Source of the DNA: Rhizaria sp. SCN 62-66
Taxonomy: Eukaryota
NCBI GenBank assembly: GCA_001724265.1
Contig: MEDY01000444.1
Span: 1 to 41,704, forward strand
DNA length: 41,704 bases
Direction of reading: 5' to 3'
Both the position numbers and the translations under genes were made by a program. The notes under the pieces are model-generated. The model made no database searches, was not told the origin of the DNA, and worked only from the letters and a program-made list of their open reading frames with translations. Of the stretch, positions 22,527 to 34,720 are shown piece after piece. Position 1 is the first letter of the stretch. Every line of letters starts with the position of its first letter.

Positions 22527-22753
22527 AACAAGTAACCAAACGCGACCAAAGAGTGAGCCTGTAATTTTTGCAGTCCGTGCCTCGCACTCCCTCCTGATGA
22601 GGCATCAGAGCCCATATTTACAAGTACAATATATATATATATTCTTGTACTTGTAAATATGGGCTATGATGCCTCACCATGTACAATGCGGCAGACAGCA
22701 TATATTGCGCCAGTTGCAGACAACAACCCAAGTTAACAATGTGTATTTTTCTG
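22527..22753 (-). repeat. Right inverted repeat with internal insertions and a 32-bp-arm hairpin (22598-22676)
   Basis: Reverse complement of 17855-17990 with several insertions. The hairpin arms tgaggcatcagagcccatatttacaagtacaa and ttgtacttgtaaatatgggctatgatgcctca (1 mismatch) flank a (TA)n loop. Confidence 0.85.
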
Positions 22754-23493
22754 TTATAACCATCGGTCCTAGGGGTCCAGAGGGATTTCGTTCGAATGAA
22801 GTTGGGAACAAAATACAGATTTGTGACTTGTGACTTGAATTCTCGCTGTAACGGGCTGGAACACAAATATATTCATACCACCACATACGCCAGCGTAAGC
22901 ACTGGACCTGTTGGACCGAAAAATGATTCATTTTTTAAATATTTTATTTTTTATTTAAAAAAAAATTAAAAAATCATTAATTGGCATAGGCATTATTTCT
23001 TGTGCTGTGGTGGCGGACAGGCCAGCAGGGGCCAATCTTTGGATTTCTTGTTGGCTCGTTCAGCTGTGGACAGTGAGTATTTCCTTAAACCTATGTGTTT
23101 AAATGTTTACATTTTATCTGTTCTTTATTTGAATTGAGCTGTTCGCTTTGCTTATAGTGCAGTGTGAGTGTGCCGTTTTTTGGGGCATTGACAAAAGACG
23201 GAAAGAAGCTCTCCTTTTTTGCCCAGCGCCATTTCCGGCATCTACGCGCCGTCAGTATCTTGTTTTGTGCACCACCCGAGCGTTAATTAACTAAAAAACA
23301 CCCTGTTTTTAATTTTTATACCAATTCGCGGCTCTTGTGGCGCGTAATTTACGTCTTCGACCTCCGCTCTCATCCTCGCACCCTTTCTCTTCGTCCCCGC
23401 TCCCTGTCTTTTTTCGTCCCTGCTCCCTGTCTCTGTTCGCCCCTGTCCCCTGACCCCTGTCCTCTCACGCACCCTGTTTGCTGTGCTTTGCAG

Positions 23494-24297
23494 ATGGACA
23501 ACAAGGCCGCCCCCCCGCAGTACAGTGCTCCCCCCCAGGGTCACACCGCGCCCCCCCAGCAACAGGGCTACCCCGCGCCCCAGCAGTACCCCCAGCAGGG
23601 CTACGCGCCCCAGCAGCAGCCTCAGGGCTACGCGCCGCCGCCGCAGCAGCCGCAGCAGCAGCAGCAGCAGCAGCCGCCGCCGCAGCAGCAGCAGCAGGGT
23701 TACGCGCCCCAGCAGCAGCAGGGCTACCCTCCCCAGCAGCAGCAGCAGTACCCGCAGCAGTACCCGCAGCAGTACCCCCAGCAGGGCTACCCCCAGCAGC
23801 AGGGCTACCCGCAGCAGCAGCAGGTCGTTGTACAGACGGCGATGGTCCCCATGTACGCTCCCAACCCGTACGCCACCCAGCAGCTCTGGAAGAAGATCAT
23901 GACGAGCGAGTTCTGCGGCTGCTGCAGCGAGTGCGGCGCGTGCTGCATGGTGTTTTGCGGCTTCGGCTGCTGCCTCTTTGGCAGCACCTACAACCTCTCG
24001 GACCAAGGGCCGTGTATAATCGGAACTTGCTGTTACCCGTGTCTTTGTGGATGTTCCCGGTCGCACATCCAGCGCACGCTGGGCGTTCCCGACGACGGGT
24101 GCTGCATCGGCTGCCTGCTGCACATGTTCTGCCACCTCTGCGCGCTCGTGCAGGAGTCCCGCGCGGTCGGGCAGTGGTTCCTCGCCGGGAAGCCGCTGCC
24201 GCAGGCGCCCGTGCCGACCGGGCTCGCCATGGTGTCTACGTCGCAGCCCGTGGGCCAGCCCATGCAGCACAGCCAGTCCGGCTCCATGGCCCAGTAA
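23494..24297 (+). CDS. PLAC8-family Cys-rich protein with a Gln/Pro/Tyr-rich (GYPPQQ) N-terminus, 267 aa
   Basis: FCGCCSECGACCMVFCGFGCCLFG...RSHIQRTLGVPDDGCCIGCLLHMFCHLCALVQESR matches the PLAC8 pattern (CxxCALxQE). Stop is TAA. Confidence 0.85.
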   Translation: MDNKAAPPQYSAPPQGHTAPPQQQGYPAPQQYPQQGYAPQQQPQGYAPPPQQPQQQQQQQPPPQQQQQGYAPQQQQGYPPQQQQQYPQQYPQQYPQQGYPQQQGYPQQQQVVVQTAMVPMYAPNPYATQQLWKKIMTSEFCGCCSECGACCMVFCGFGCCLFGSTYNLSDQGPCIIGTCCYPCLCGCSRSHIQRTLGVPDDGCCIGCLLHMFCHLCALVQESRAVGQWFLAGKPLPQAPVPTGLAMVSTSQPVGQPMQHSQSGSMAQ

Positions 24298-25285
24298 GCG
24301 CGCCGCGAGGAGCGCATGAGTAACACATGAGTAACGCATCAGTAGCTAACGACACGACACTTGAGTTCCTCCGCATGAGTGACTGTGCATGAGTAAGTAT
24401 GCGTGAGCAAGTCAGTGGTCAGTCTGCCCATCAGCCTATTAGTCCATCAGTGGTGCGAGACACCTTGTCGTTGCTGCTGCCGCTGCTGCTGCTACCACAG
24501 TCTGTCTGCGTCCCAGCGCTCCAGCCAGCCAGCAACTATTCTTAGTCTCCACTGCCCGACACATAGTGCCTCCTTTTTTTTTCTCCGTTGCTGTGAGCTT
24601 TGTTTCTTTTTCACACACAGTTTTCGTTGTTGCTTGATAGAGTAAACAACAATATAAACAGTGGCAACAGCGAGGAAAGTTATAACATCACCGTTCAGTA
24701 AGTCATATCAATCTAAGTATCAATACGAATAAACCCGTATCTTTTGCGACTAATTCATTCACAATACGTCGTGTTGCTATGTTCCCAATATGTAGCGAGA
24801 ATGGATCGATCATACGAAGCATGTGTATGAAATATGTTGAAAAGTTCAAGGTGTAACGTTGATTTCAATAAATAAAACAGCGGCGTCATTATTGATAGAG
24901 AAATCAGCCACCAAATAAACAATTGAAAGCATTGAAAACCCTGTAAAATCATTGACGCATGCGTTGTCACCAGTCTAGCGCTCCTGTGTGTTGACTTCTG
25001 CTGAGAGTGCTGCTGCTGTTGCTGCTACATACGCTGATACCGTTGATGTCCTAACTGCTGCAGTCAACTCAGCACGATCCGTTGTGTTTACGCCTCCTCG
25101 TGCAAGAGACTGGCGGAGACCGGCGCCACCAAAGGGTGAGGCGCCTGCTGCAGCTGTTGCGGAACTCTATTCACGCATGTTGTGGGTCAAAATCGACGCA
25201 TTAATGCCGGTCAGAGATATGAGTAACGCAGCAGATGAAGTCACTGGCTGATCACTGGGAGACTAGTTGTAACAATAGAGCACGC

Positions 25286-26360
25286 TTACTGTTTTGGTGG
25301 CGGCGGGGCTGGGTACTGTTGCTGATGTTGAGGCGGGGACGTGTACGGCTGTGGCTGCTGCTGGTGTGGCTGTTGAGACGGCTGCTGAAACTGTTGCTGA
25401 GGATACGGTGAAGCAGGAGGTGCCATCTGCATCTGCTGCGGCATCGGCTGCTGCGCTTGTGCATACACGTACTGCTGCTGCAGCTGCTGCTGTTGCTGCT
25501 GCTGGACAAGATACGACGTCCCGTCGCGGGGCATGCTCGCGATCAAGGTGGCCGCGGAGGCCTTCATAGCCTTCTGCTGTTGCTCCCACATCACCGTCCA
25601 CTCGCTCTTGCGCCACGAGTCGACCAGCTCCTCGTCCGTGGCCGCCTGCTGCGCCAGCCACTGGCTGTGCGTGTGCGCGTGCGCCGCGAACGCCGCGTCG
25701 CGCGCGCGCTTGAGCCCGCGCTTGAGCTCCTGGCCGTCGCGCAGCAGCCGCTGGTAGGCCTGCCAGTGCGTGTCCGCCTGCGCGCCCGTCGCGGGCGGCG
25801 TCGTCACGCGCGGCTTGCCCAGCTTGGTCCAGCGCTCCACGGCGATGCTCTCCTGCGCCAGTGCACAGCTGTAGCAGCAGAGGTGGTAGCCGCACGCGAA
25901 GAGCAGGTTGTCCTGCTCCGCATTAAGCGTCTTCTGGATGGAGATGCGCGAAATGCCACAGAGTAGTGGGTAGAAGAGAGTGCCCAGCAGGCAGTTGCCC
26001 TGCTCCGAGTCGTCGAAGGTGACGCCGAAGACCATGCAGGGGCACAGACACGAGAGAATGCACGGGTCGGTGTTTTCGCAGAGGTCGCTCCACAGGTCAG
26101 CAGTGAATGCGGGCAGCAGCAGGCGCCGGTCGTTGTACATGCGGTCCGCGATCTGCTGCAGCGGCGCAGAGGCGCCCGGGTCGCCCACGTTAACGAGGTA
26201 GCGGCCGTCGCCGATCGGGGAGATGCCGAAGGGCGCCATGGTGGGCGCCGGGGAGAGCAGGCCGCTGCCGGGCAGGGGTGCGGCGGGGACTGGGCTCGCA
26301 GGCATCGCGCTGACGGGAGCAGCGTACTGCATGGCGCCGGGCTGCATCATAGGCTGCTGC

Positions 26361-26392
<32 letters not shown>

Positions 26393-26536
26393 AGGTGGGT
26401 GCTGCTGCTGAGGCGGGTGCTGGTAGTATTGAGGGTCTTGATACTGCTGCGGCGGCGACACATATCCAGTGCGTGTTTCGCCATACGTTGGCGGTGTGGT
26501 AGAAGGATGGCCAAACACGGAGGGGTCCTGACTCAT
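25286..26536 (-). CDS. PLAC8-family protein with Gln/Pro-rich termini, 416 aa
   Basis: LWSDLCENTDPCILSCLCPCMVFG...RISIQKTLNAEQDNLLFACGYHLCCYSCALAQES. ATG at 26536 follows an acceptor-like caacag. Stop is TAA. Confidence 0.85.
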
Positions 26537-27201
26537 TCTGTTGTATAGAAATAATACACGGAGATTATTACGTGTGTGTGAGTGAACAAGAACGTGACAA
26601 CAAAGGAGGAGAGTTTCACATGAGTGGAGCGGTCCATCTAGGATTTTGAAGTGGATTTTTGACATCATAAACAATGTGCAGTAGATGACACGTTTTAATA
26701 TAGAAATCATTTCACAATTAAAAACTAAATTAACATCGTTTCACTCAGATTGACGATCATTTGACACCACACATTTCTTTCAATTTGGCCTCGCCCCCCC
26801 ATCAAGCCACCACCGCCCTCGTCATAAACGACCTCTCCAGATCCTGATTTGCATCTCTGCGTCGCACTAACGCAGCGGTGGGCATTAAACATGTGCAGCA
26901 GTATATTATTCATGTTTCATCTAGGCTAACATTGGCATGTTATCTCTCCGGAGCATTTATTCAAGTGTTGTATTCCTACACCAAACTTTGCTCACTCAAG
27001 TGTCCTTGCTCAAAGTCACAATTGATTCAGCTTACAGAAGCCCCAAACACGAATACACAAAAAACACGGTACACAAAAGCAAAATAATCCATACTATTGA
27101 CTAAATATCTTTCATACGCGCAACAACAACACCAGCAACAAAGACTCTTCTTCATAGTAGCTAATTGCAAGTGTACACGCAACATCCTGCTGCCTTGATG
27201 C

Positions 27202-30200
27202 TCAGTACTGCTCCTGAACGAGCACGGAGAGCTGCGCGTTGATGAGCGCCTTGTTGCTGTTGTAGTCGGCGCGCAGGCGCACAAAGTCCATAAGCACCGC
27301 GGGCGGCAGCGCGCCCAGGCGCGTGCCCTCGGTGGCGAGCGCGCGCAGACTGGTGGCCGGGATGATAAAAAGGTCGCAGAGCGCGTTGAGGTCGCTGAAG
27401 AGTGCGTCGAGGCGCGGCAGCCGCATCTGCCCCACGGCGGCGGCGAGCAGCGTGACGTCGCGTCGCAGCAGGGGCGCGCCGAGCGTGGCGACGCCGCCGC
27501 AGTGCCGCCGCAGGTGTTCCACGGTCACGGCGTAGAGCTGCGAGCCGAAGACGGTGAGGAAAGCGTCGAGGTTCGCGCCCTGGAGCGCGAAGCACGCGGA
27601 CCCGTTGACGGCGGCCACGTGCGCCGCGACGGTCTCCCAGGCCAGGTCCGCCTCGGCCTCCATCAGCGTCGCCGTCTGGTCCGCGCGCGGGCGGTAGGCG
27701 GCCGACTTCTGCGTCGTGAGCGTGCGCCGGATGTAGGCCAGCGACGCGCCCAGCATGGCCTCCAGCCCAGCCAGCAGCAGCGCCTCGCCTTCGCGGCGCG
27801 TCGCCGTGAGCCGCGCCTCCAGGTTCGAGCGCAGCGACGGCTCGGCCGCCACGCGCGGCATCACGCAGCGCTGGCGGAAGCGCGCCTCCTGCGCCGCCAT
27901 GAGTCCGCACTGTCGCGCGATGATGAAGAAAAAGTGGTCCGGGGCCTGAAAAAAGAGAAGAGGAAAGGCGCGAAAGAGATTATATACGCAGCATTAAGTC
28001 AGAATTGGTGTTAGAAAGTATTCTCAACTAAAAGGCAACGGATTTTTAAAATAATTATGCGAGTTCGACGAGATGATCGACCAAGGAGTGTTTTTCACTT
28101 GCGTTTGAATAAACATTCTCGCTTTGCATTTTGCGTTTTGCGTACCTGTTTGGGGTCCTTGGGCGGCGCCGAGACGAGCGCGACGGCCTCGCGCAGCAGC
28201 GGCGCCATGAACCGCTCGTGCACGAACGAGCTCACGGTTACGGCCAGCTTGGTCGTGGCGTGCATGGCCGCGTCGGCGTCGGGGGCCAGCCCGTCTGAGC
28301 GGCGCACCGCCGCGGCGGCCTGGCGCCACAGCCGGTCGAGCGGCTCGGGGGCCAGCTGCGTGCACAGCCACGCGCGGTGCGTGCCGGGCTCCATCGCCGT
28401 CCGCCGCACGCGCCCAAACACGTCCTTGGTCTCGGGGCACTCGGCGTCGCGCGCCATCGACACGGCCTGCGCAGAGAGCAGCGCAAAAAGAGGGAGAAGG
28501 CAAAAATGAGTTGGTTTTTGACCAGATCAAAGTGAATTCGCAAATAAAGATCTCAAATTAAATCAAAATTTTGAATATACATCCAGATTAAATACGACAA
28601 GTTGATGTTAATAACAGCGCGCATAGATCCATGCATAGTCCGTACCTCGAGCACGTCGAGCGCCATGGCTTCGAGCACGTCGACCTCGCGGTCCAGCCAC
28701 GAGCGCGCGTGGGAGGCGAACACCGTCGCCACCAGCTCGCGCACCAGCCCCATGTCCACCTCGGCCTCCTCTCTGGAGGAGCCAGCGCCAGCGCCAGCGC
28801 CGGTACCGGCCGTGAGTGCACCGGTGGCCGCGGCACCGCCCTTAGCGCCAGCGCCGTTGCCGTTGTCGCTGCCGCCCTTGGCGCCGGCGCGGCCCCCCTT
28901 ACCGTCGTCATCGTCGTCATCATCGTCGTCGTCGCCGGCAGCGGCGCCGCGGCGGCGGTTGCGCGCGCGCGTGCGCGTGCGCTCGAACACGACGCTTGCG
29001 CCGCCGGCGACGACGCTGCCGCGGAAGCTGGCCAGCTGCTGCTGCTGCTCTTTCTCGGTGACGTAGCCAGAGCTGCCGCCGGCCCCGCCGCCGCCGCGCC
29101 GCTGCTGCCGCTGCTGCTGCAGTTGCTGCGCCTGCTGCAGCTGCTGTAGCGGCGCGATGCACTTGACCAGCTCGACCACGAGCGGCAGGACCAGCGCGTA
29201 CGCCGCGCCCAGCAGGCGCAGCACCTTGAGGTCCTCGGCGGCGGCGGCGCGGCGAGTCTGTCGCACGAGCAGCTGCGCCTGCGCCAGCGCGGCAGCGTGC
29301 TGCTCCTTGCTCTGGCCAGGTCCGCGACCCGCGCTCACGACCTCGCCCGCGGCAGTGGCGGCCATTGCGGCCGACGCGGCGGCGGCGCGGCCCGCGAAGC
29401 GGCCGATGGCGCCGTCGACGAACACCTGCACGCGCCCCAGCGCAGTCGAGGCCACCGTTTGCACGATCGACGCGGGCTCCGCGAAGACCTGCGGCGCCAG
29501 CGCGGCCTGCGCGCGCACAATCGCCAACACAGCCTCCGTGAGCCCGCGCAAAGCTTCCGTCAGCGCGCGCGGCGTGGGCAGCTGCGTCGTGCGGCGCGCG
29601 GGCGGAGCAGCGGGCGCGGCATCCGCAGCGGCAGCGGCGGCGGCAGCGGCGGCGGCATCGGGGTTGCCGTTGCCCCCAGCAGCCGTGGCGGCGGCAGCAG
29701 CGGCGGCGGCGGCGGCAGCAGCGGCGGCGGCCTTGCTGGCCTTGGAGGCCTTGGCGTTGGCGCGCTTCTCGGGCACCGCGACGAGCTTGTGGATGGCCGA
29801 TGAGGAGACGAACGCGTCGAGCGGGGCGACGGTGTCAAAGACGTAGCGCTGAAAGGGGCTGCCGGGGAAGCCCGCGAGCGAGAGCGCGCACTGGCGCGCG
29901 TCAGCGATGTTGCCGTTACGCAGCGCCGTCGCGAAGTGCTCGCGGATGGCCAGCTCCAACGCCGTTGAGATCGTCCCCAGCAGCGCCGCCGCGCGAGAGA
30001 AAGGCGGCGGACCCGTGCTCGCCACCGCCGCAGTCGCGCCCGTATTCGCGGTCGCGTTGTTCGATGTACCTGTGCCGGTGTGACTGCTGTTGCTGTTGCC
30101 GTTGCTGTGCTGCTGGTGCGCGGGGGCCAACTCGTCGAGCATTGCGCGCAGCGTGTGGACAAGCCGCGCCGCGCCGTGCACTTTGCGCGGATCCTGCGAC

Positions 30201-31148
30201 AGCAGCAGCGGGTCCACGCGCCCGATGTCTCCCGAGTCGAGCGCCAGCACGTGCCGGATGACGACCTTGCCCGCGAGCGTGTGCGCACGCAGCTGCGCGG
30301 GCGCCTCGAGCGCCGTCCCGACCGACACGGCCGCCTGCGCCGCACGCGCGATGCGCTTATCGAGCTTGCGGAAGGTCAGCGTGAGCGTCTCGATCGCGCT
30401 CGACAGTGCGGCCACGGCCGCCGAGTGCTCGGTGCGGGCCGCCGCGGCATCCTCCGAGGCCGCCTGCAGAGTGCGCAGCGTCGTCTGCTGCAGCGACGCC
30501 AGGTCTGTCGCGGCGCCTTGCAGCGCGGCCACAAACGACGCGGGGTCCAGCCGGCGCGCCTGCGTCGGAGCCGCGGCCGCAGCGGCGGCGGCGGCGGCGG
30601 CCGCGGTCGAGGCGGAGGTCGAGCTGTCACCACTGCTGGAGCTGGAGCTGGAGCTCGAGCCAACGCCGGCGCCGGGGGCAGAAACGGGGGACATGAGCTG
30701 TTGCGGGCCGCCCGCGGCGGTGCCGGGCGCGACCGAGAGCGAGAGCGAGAGTGCGAGCGCGGCGTCGGTCGAGACGCGCGGTGAGCCCACGGCCGCGGCG
30801 GCGGCGGCGGCCGCGGCGGCGGGCAGGGCGGCCGCGGGGTCCAACTCGGGCAGCGCGGCCGCGGCGCGGGACGTGATGCGGTTGATCACGCTCCGCAGGT
30901 CGAAGTTTTCCTATAGAGAGCGCAAAAGAGCGGACAGCAAGTTGTTGGAGTGAGTTAAGCGAATGATACAGAGAGCGATGTTTGTTAGAGTGGGCAGGAG
31001 CAGCGTAGAAAAAAGAGCTCAAGTGGGGACGTACGCCAAAGTCTTCGAGTTTCCAGGCGCGAAAGACGTCGACACAGCCGGCAGCAGTGCCCGGGATCGG
31101 CACCTCACCGATCGAGGCGCGCTTGGGCGGCGGCAGCGTGCTCGCCAT
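27202..31148 (-). CDS. SEC10: Exocyst complex component Sec10 (EXOC5), ~1147 aa. Exons 31035-31148, 28646-30910, 28146-28466, 27202-27945
   Basis: Three phase-0 GTACG...AG introns join the ORFs. The N-terminal FRKLDKRIARAAQAAVSVGTALE..R and C-terminal QKSAAYRP...LQGANLDAFL..FG..L...EHLRR...GAPLLRRD...LF..L..L..LF..P...F..LRAD are characteristic Sec10 motifs. Stop is TGA. Confidence 0.85.
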
Positions 31149-31800
31149 TTCGCGTGCTGGCGGAGTCTGGGGTGTGCGGGCGGCGGGCAAGCGATCTAGG
31201 CCGCGAAAGACAGGTTTTGGTTGGCTTTTTGCATAATAAAGACATAAATTAGGGTCAATAGTTAGCGTACAGTAATATATTCGTATGACCAACCAGAATG
31301 ACGTTTGTAGCTGTGATGATACGCTGATTTCAAAAGACCTCTTTTGGGGTCATCACACGCGACCGACTGGGCCTCAAGCCAAGGTGCTGTGGTGGCACTG
31401 GGAAACCATTGATATCTCCTCTTCCTCATCGTCACCACTCAATGTTTCTCTGAGAACAACAATCTATTTTGTGAGTAATATTTGGTGTTTTCAAGACTTC
31501 TTCTGCATCATTGTGTTTGTTCCCAGTCTGCCAGTACTTCGTGCTCCACTTTGCGTCCCCTCTCGCCTAGCTCGACATCTCGCTCTCCTCCATCGCAGCG
31601 CCACACAATCTTGTTTCTGTTAGAAACAGCACAACCAACCTAATACTTGAGACTTTATTTTATTATTCAACGCGTTTTCTTTTAGAAACAATAACAGGAC
31701 CCTCCTGTAGCAGCTCGTTCGCTCCGTTTCTCCCCCACAGCGGTTACTCTCTCCGCCGCCCCCGCCGCGCTTCCCCCGCGCCGTCCTTTCCTGCCGCGTC

Positions 31801-32569
31801 ATGTCGTTTGCGCCTTCGGCGTCGGACTCTCCGCCGCGGTCCTACTTCAAGAGCCAGCGCCGCCCCTGGTCCCCGATCTCGGCCTCGGACCTCGCGCTCG
31901 CACAGGCCGACCGCGCCGCCCTGCGTTCCCGCCCCTCCGCCGCCGCGGGCAACACCACCTCGTCCTCCTCCAGCCACTCGAGCGGCGGCGGCGCGGGGAG
32001 CGGGATGCCGACGGTGCACCCGCCGCGCGCGGCGCCGCATCCGCTGCACCACGGCGACCCTCCGTTCGATCTCCTCTCGCTCACGCGGCCGCGCCCGCTG
32101 CCGCCGCCCCCTATGACTCCCGCCGCCGCCGCCGTCCCCACCTCGTCCTCGTCCTCGTCGGGCGCAGGCTCTGGCGCGGGCGCGGCGCAGGGGCCAGCGT
32201 GGTGGTCCCGGCTGTACCGCGCGGACAACAGGTTGCTGGCGGAGCGCGAGGCTCTGGAACGCGCGCGGGAGGCCAGCGCATCGGCCAGGGTAGCCGAGCC
32301 CAAGTACTCGTTCGAGAAGCTATTCCCGCACCTCGCGCTTCAGCAGCAGCAACAACAGCAGCAGCATGACTACCAGGTGTGCCAGCACGGCGGGCAGGCG
32401 CCTCCAGTCAGTGGGCTCCCCCACGACCACGATGTCGGTGGCAGCGAAGGCTTCGCACACTCGCAGCAGGTACAGGCGCAGTCGCGCTCGCACTTGCACC
32501 AGCAGCACTCGCACCCACACTCTCCCTCGCGCGCCGGCTCCGTCGCCAACCCCAACCCCAGTCTCCGCT

Positions 32570-32602
<33 letters not shown>

Positions 32603-34480
32603 GCGGTGGCGGCGCGACAGGCGGCGGCGGCGGCGGCGGGCCGCGCGCGCGGCTGCACACGGAGGACGCGCACGCGGCGCTGTTCGATAACACCGACGGC
32701 GTGACCGGGCTACCCTCGCGCGGCCTGCCCATGGCCACCGTCGGCTTCGGACCCAAGGTACGACGACGTGACGAGACTGCACGAAAGCAGAGCTGTTCAA
32801 GTTTTATTCTTCATAGAGTGGCATATACTTTTATTTTTAAACGTAAATCGTTTCATTTAAACATATTATACCGTTAGATTTTTGCTAACATCACATTTCC
32901 TGCCTCTATTACTCTTTTTTGTCCCACAGGGCGCTGCTGCCCGTTCTCAGCTTGAGCAACAGCAACAACAGCAGCAGCAGCAGTTGCAGCAAAGCGCGGG
33001 CTCATCGGACCCCCACTCCGCCGGCGACTCAGCGTCCAGTGGCGGCGCCAGCGGCGGCCTGCGCGGCCCGCAGCGGCCGCACGCGGCCCTATACCCCGCC
33101 CCGTCCGCGGGCGACCCGGCGGCCACGGCGCGGCTCCAGCGTGCGGGGCTGTCGGCGGCCTCGGTCGCGCACACGGCGCGCGTGTCGCTACCCGCCGCGG
33201 CCGCCGCTACGCTCCCGCCCGCGGGCGCTGGCAGCAGAGGCGGCGACGGCGTCTGGCGCTGGGTCCGCGATCCGCGCGCCGCGCTCCCGGCGGCGCCCGA
33301 GGCTCGCGCGGCTGCGGCGGCGGCCGCGGCCGCTGCGGAGGAGCGCGAGGCGGCCCAGCGCAAGTGGCTCGGCACGCGCGCGCTCGCTGCGCTCAAGCAG
33401 ACGCGCGCTATGAACGCATCATTGAGCAATAGCAACAACAGTGCTAACAATGCGAGCAGTGGCTTCAGCAACACGAACTCGATGATGAGCAGCACCGCGA
33501 CTCCGACGACCACGCTTAGCATGACAGGAAGCAGCTCTCTTGCGACAACAGCAGGCTCCGCCTCCGCCGCCTCCGCCGGGGGCGCTGGCGATGGCGTTTC
33601 CTCTGCGAGCGGGCTGCCGCTGCAGCTCGAGCGCCGCCTGCGCGCCGCGGGTGTGACGGTGGGCGTGGACCGCGAGCCGCCCAGCCGGCGCGCGCGGCCG
33701 CTCTCGCTCGGCACCATGGACCCCGTGTCGCGCCGGCTGGGCTTTGCGCTGGACCAGGACCTCGCGGCGATGCCATCGGCAGCCAACTACTCGCAGCGCG
33801 ACCTCTACGCGCTCTGGCTGCGCTTCAAGGCGCTCTGCGGGCTCAGCGGCCGCGCAGACGGCGTCAGCAAGGAGGTTTTCCGCCGCGGCGTGCTGCGCCT
33901 GACGGTCGAGGACGACCTCTTTGTGAGCCGCGTGTACGACCTGGTCGACGAGGACGGCAGCGGCGTTATCGAGTGGTCCGAGTTCCTGTTCGCGCTGGAC
34001 GCGCTCGAGAGCGGCTCGCTGCACACCAAGTGCCGCTTCTTCATGCAGACCTACGACCTTGACGGCGACGGGGCCGTTTCGCGCGAGGACCTGCGCCGCA
34101 TGTTTACGTCCTCGTCGCTGCTGCTGCACGATAAAGAGGAGAAGAAGCGCCGCCGCGCCAACGAGTTGCTGTCGCTGGCGCACGGCTTCTTCCGGCCCTC
34201 AGACCGGCCGCGGCTGCTGCAGTTCAAGCGCGACGTGCTCTCGCTCGTTGAGTCGCTGCCCGAGGACGAAGACGCCGAGGAGGCCGACGCAAACCGCACG
34301 GCGCGGGACGTCGTCGACACCTTCGTCGGCAAGGTCTTCGCGCGGCTGGGCAAGACCAAGGAGGACGAAGTCATCACTATGGACGAGCTGGTGGCCTTCA
34401 TCCAGACACTCGACACTGGCGAGGACGTTTGGGACGTCTTCGGCCGCTCCATGCTCAAGGACTTCGACGGCCGTAAGTGA
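31801..34480 (+). CDS. EF-hand calcium sensor (calcineurin B/NCS/calaxin-type core) with a long disordered N-terminus, 835 aa. Exons 31801-32757 and 32930-34480
   Basis: Phase-0 intron aag|gtacga...gctaac...cacag|ggc. EF-hand loops DEDGSGVIEWSEF and DLDGDGAVSREDL, with the GS..xKxxFxFxxYDxDGDG-like linker of this family. Stop is TGA. Confidence 0.85.
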
Positions 34481-34694
34481 GCCTAAAACGCTTATCGGTA
34501 AGGGGCGACGTACGTACGCACACACACACATGATGGATTGTGTGGCAGTGACGCACACATACGTAGCCATTGATTAAATGCAAAAGCAAGCTCATTAAAA
34601 AAGGGTATATTTAAAGGACTTTTAATACACTTTTAATGCATTTTAGATCATATCTGGATCGGCTAACGTCGTTTTACATGACGCAAAAAACATC

Positions 34695-34720
34695 ACACAT
34701 GCATGTGCACATGCATGTGT
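34695..34720. repeat. Perfect 26-bp palindrome acacatgcatgtgcacatgcatgtgt
   Basis: The sequence equals its own reverse complement and lies between convergent genes. Confidence 0.9.

Larger units (their letters stand above)
17855..22753. mobile_element. Putative inverted-repeat-bounded element carrying a zinc-ribbon-repeat endonuclease gene
   Basis: 17855-17990 and 22527-22753 are reverse complements with indels, ending 5'-CAGAAAAATACACATTGT...ACAATGTGTATTTTTCTG-3'. The interior has lower GC than flanking host genes. No clear target-site duplication or DDE transposase was seen. Confidence 0.6.

Noticed and set aside
17840-22770. Classification as a hAT or other known DDE transposon from the CAG...CTG termini
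   Set aside because: Flanks (ttatttattt / ttataaccat) show no 8-bp or other clear target-site duplication, and no transposase motif is visible.
24755-25030. Minus-strand ATG-TAG-CAG-CAA-CAG-CAG-CAG ORF that would suggest UAG=Gln
   Set aside because: It lies in the presumptive 3' UTR of the PLAC8 gene, has upstream in-frame TAA and TGA, and runs into AT-rich non-coding-like sequence. There is no support that it is translated.
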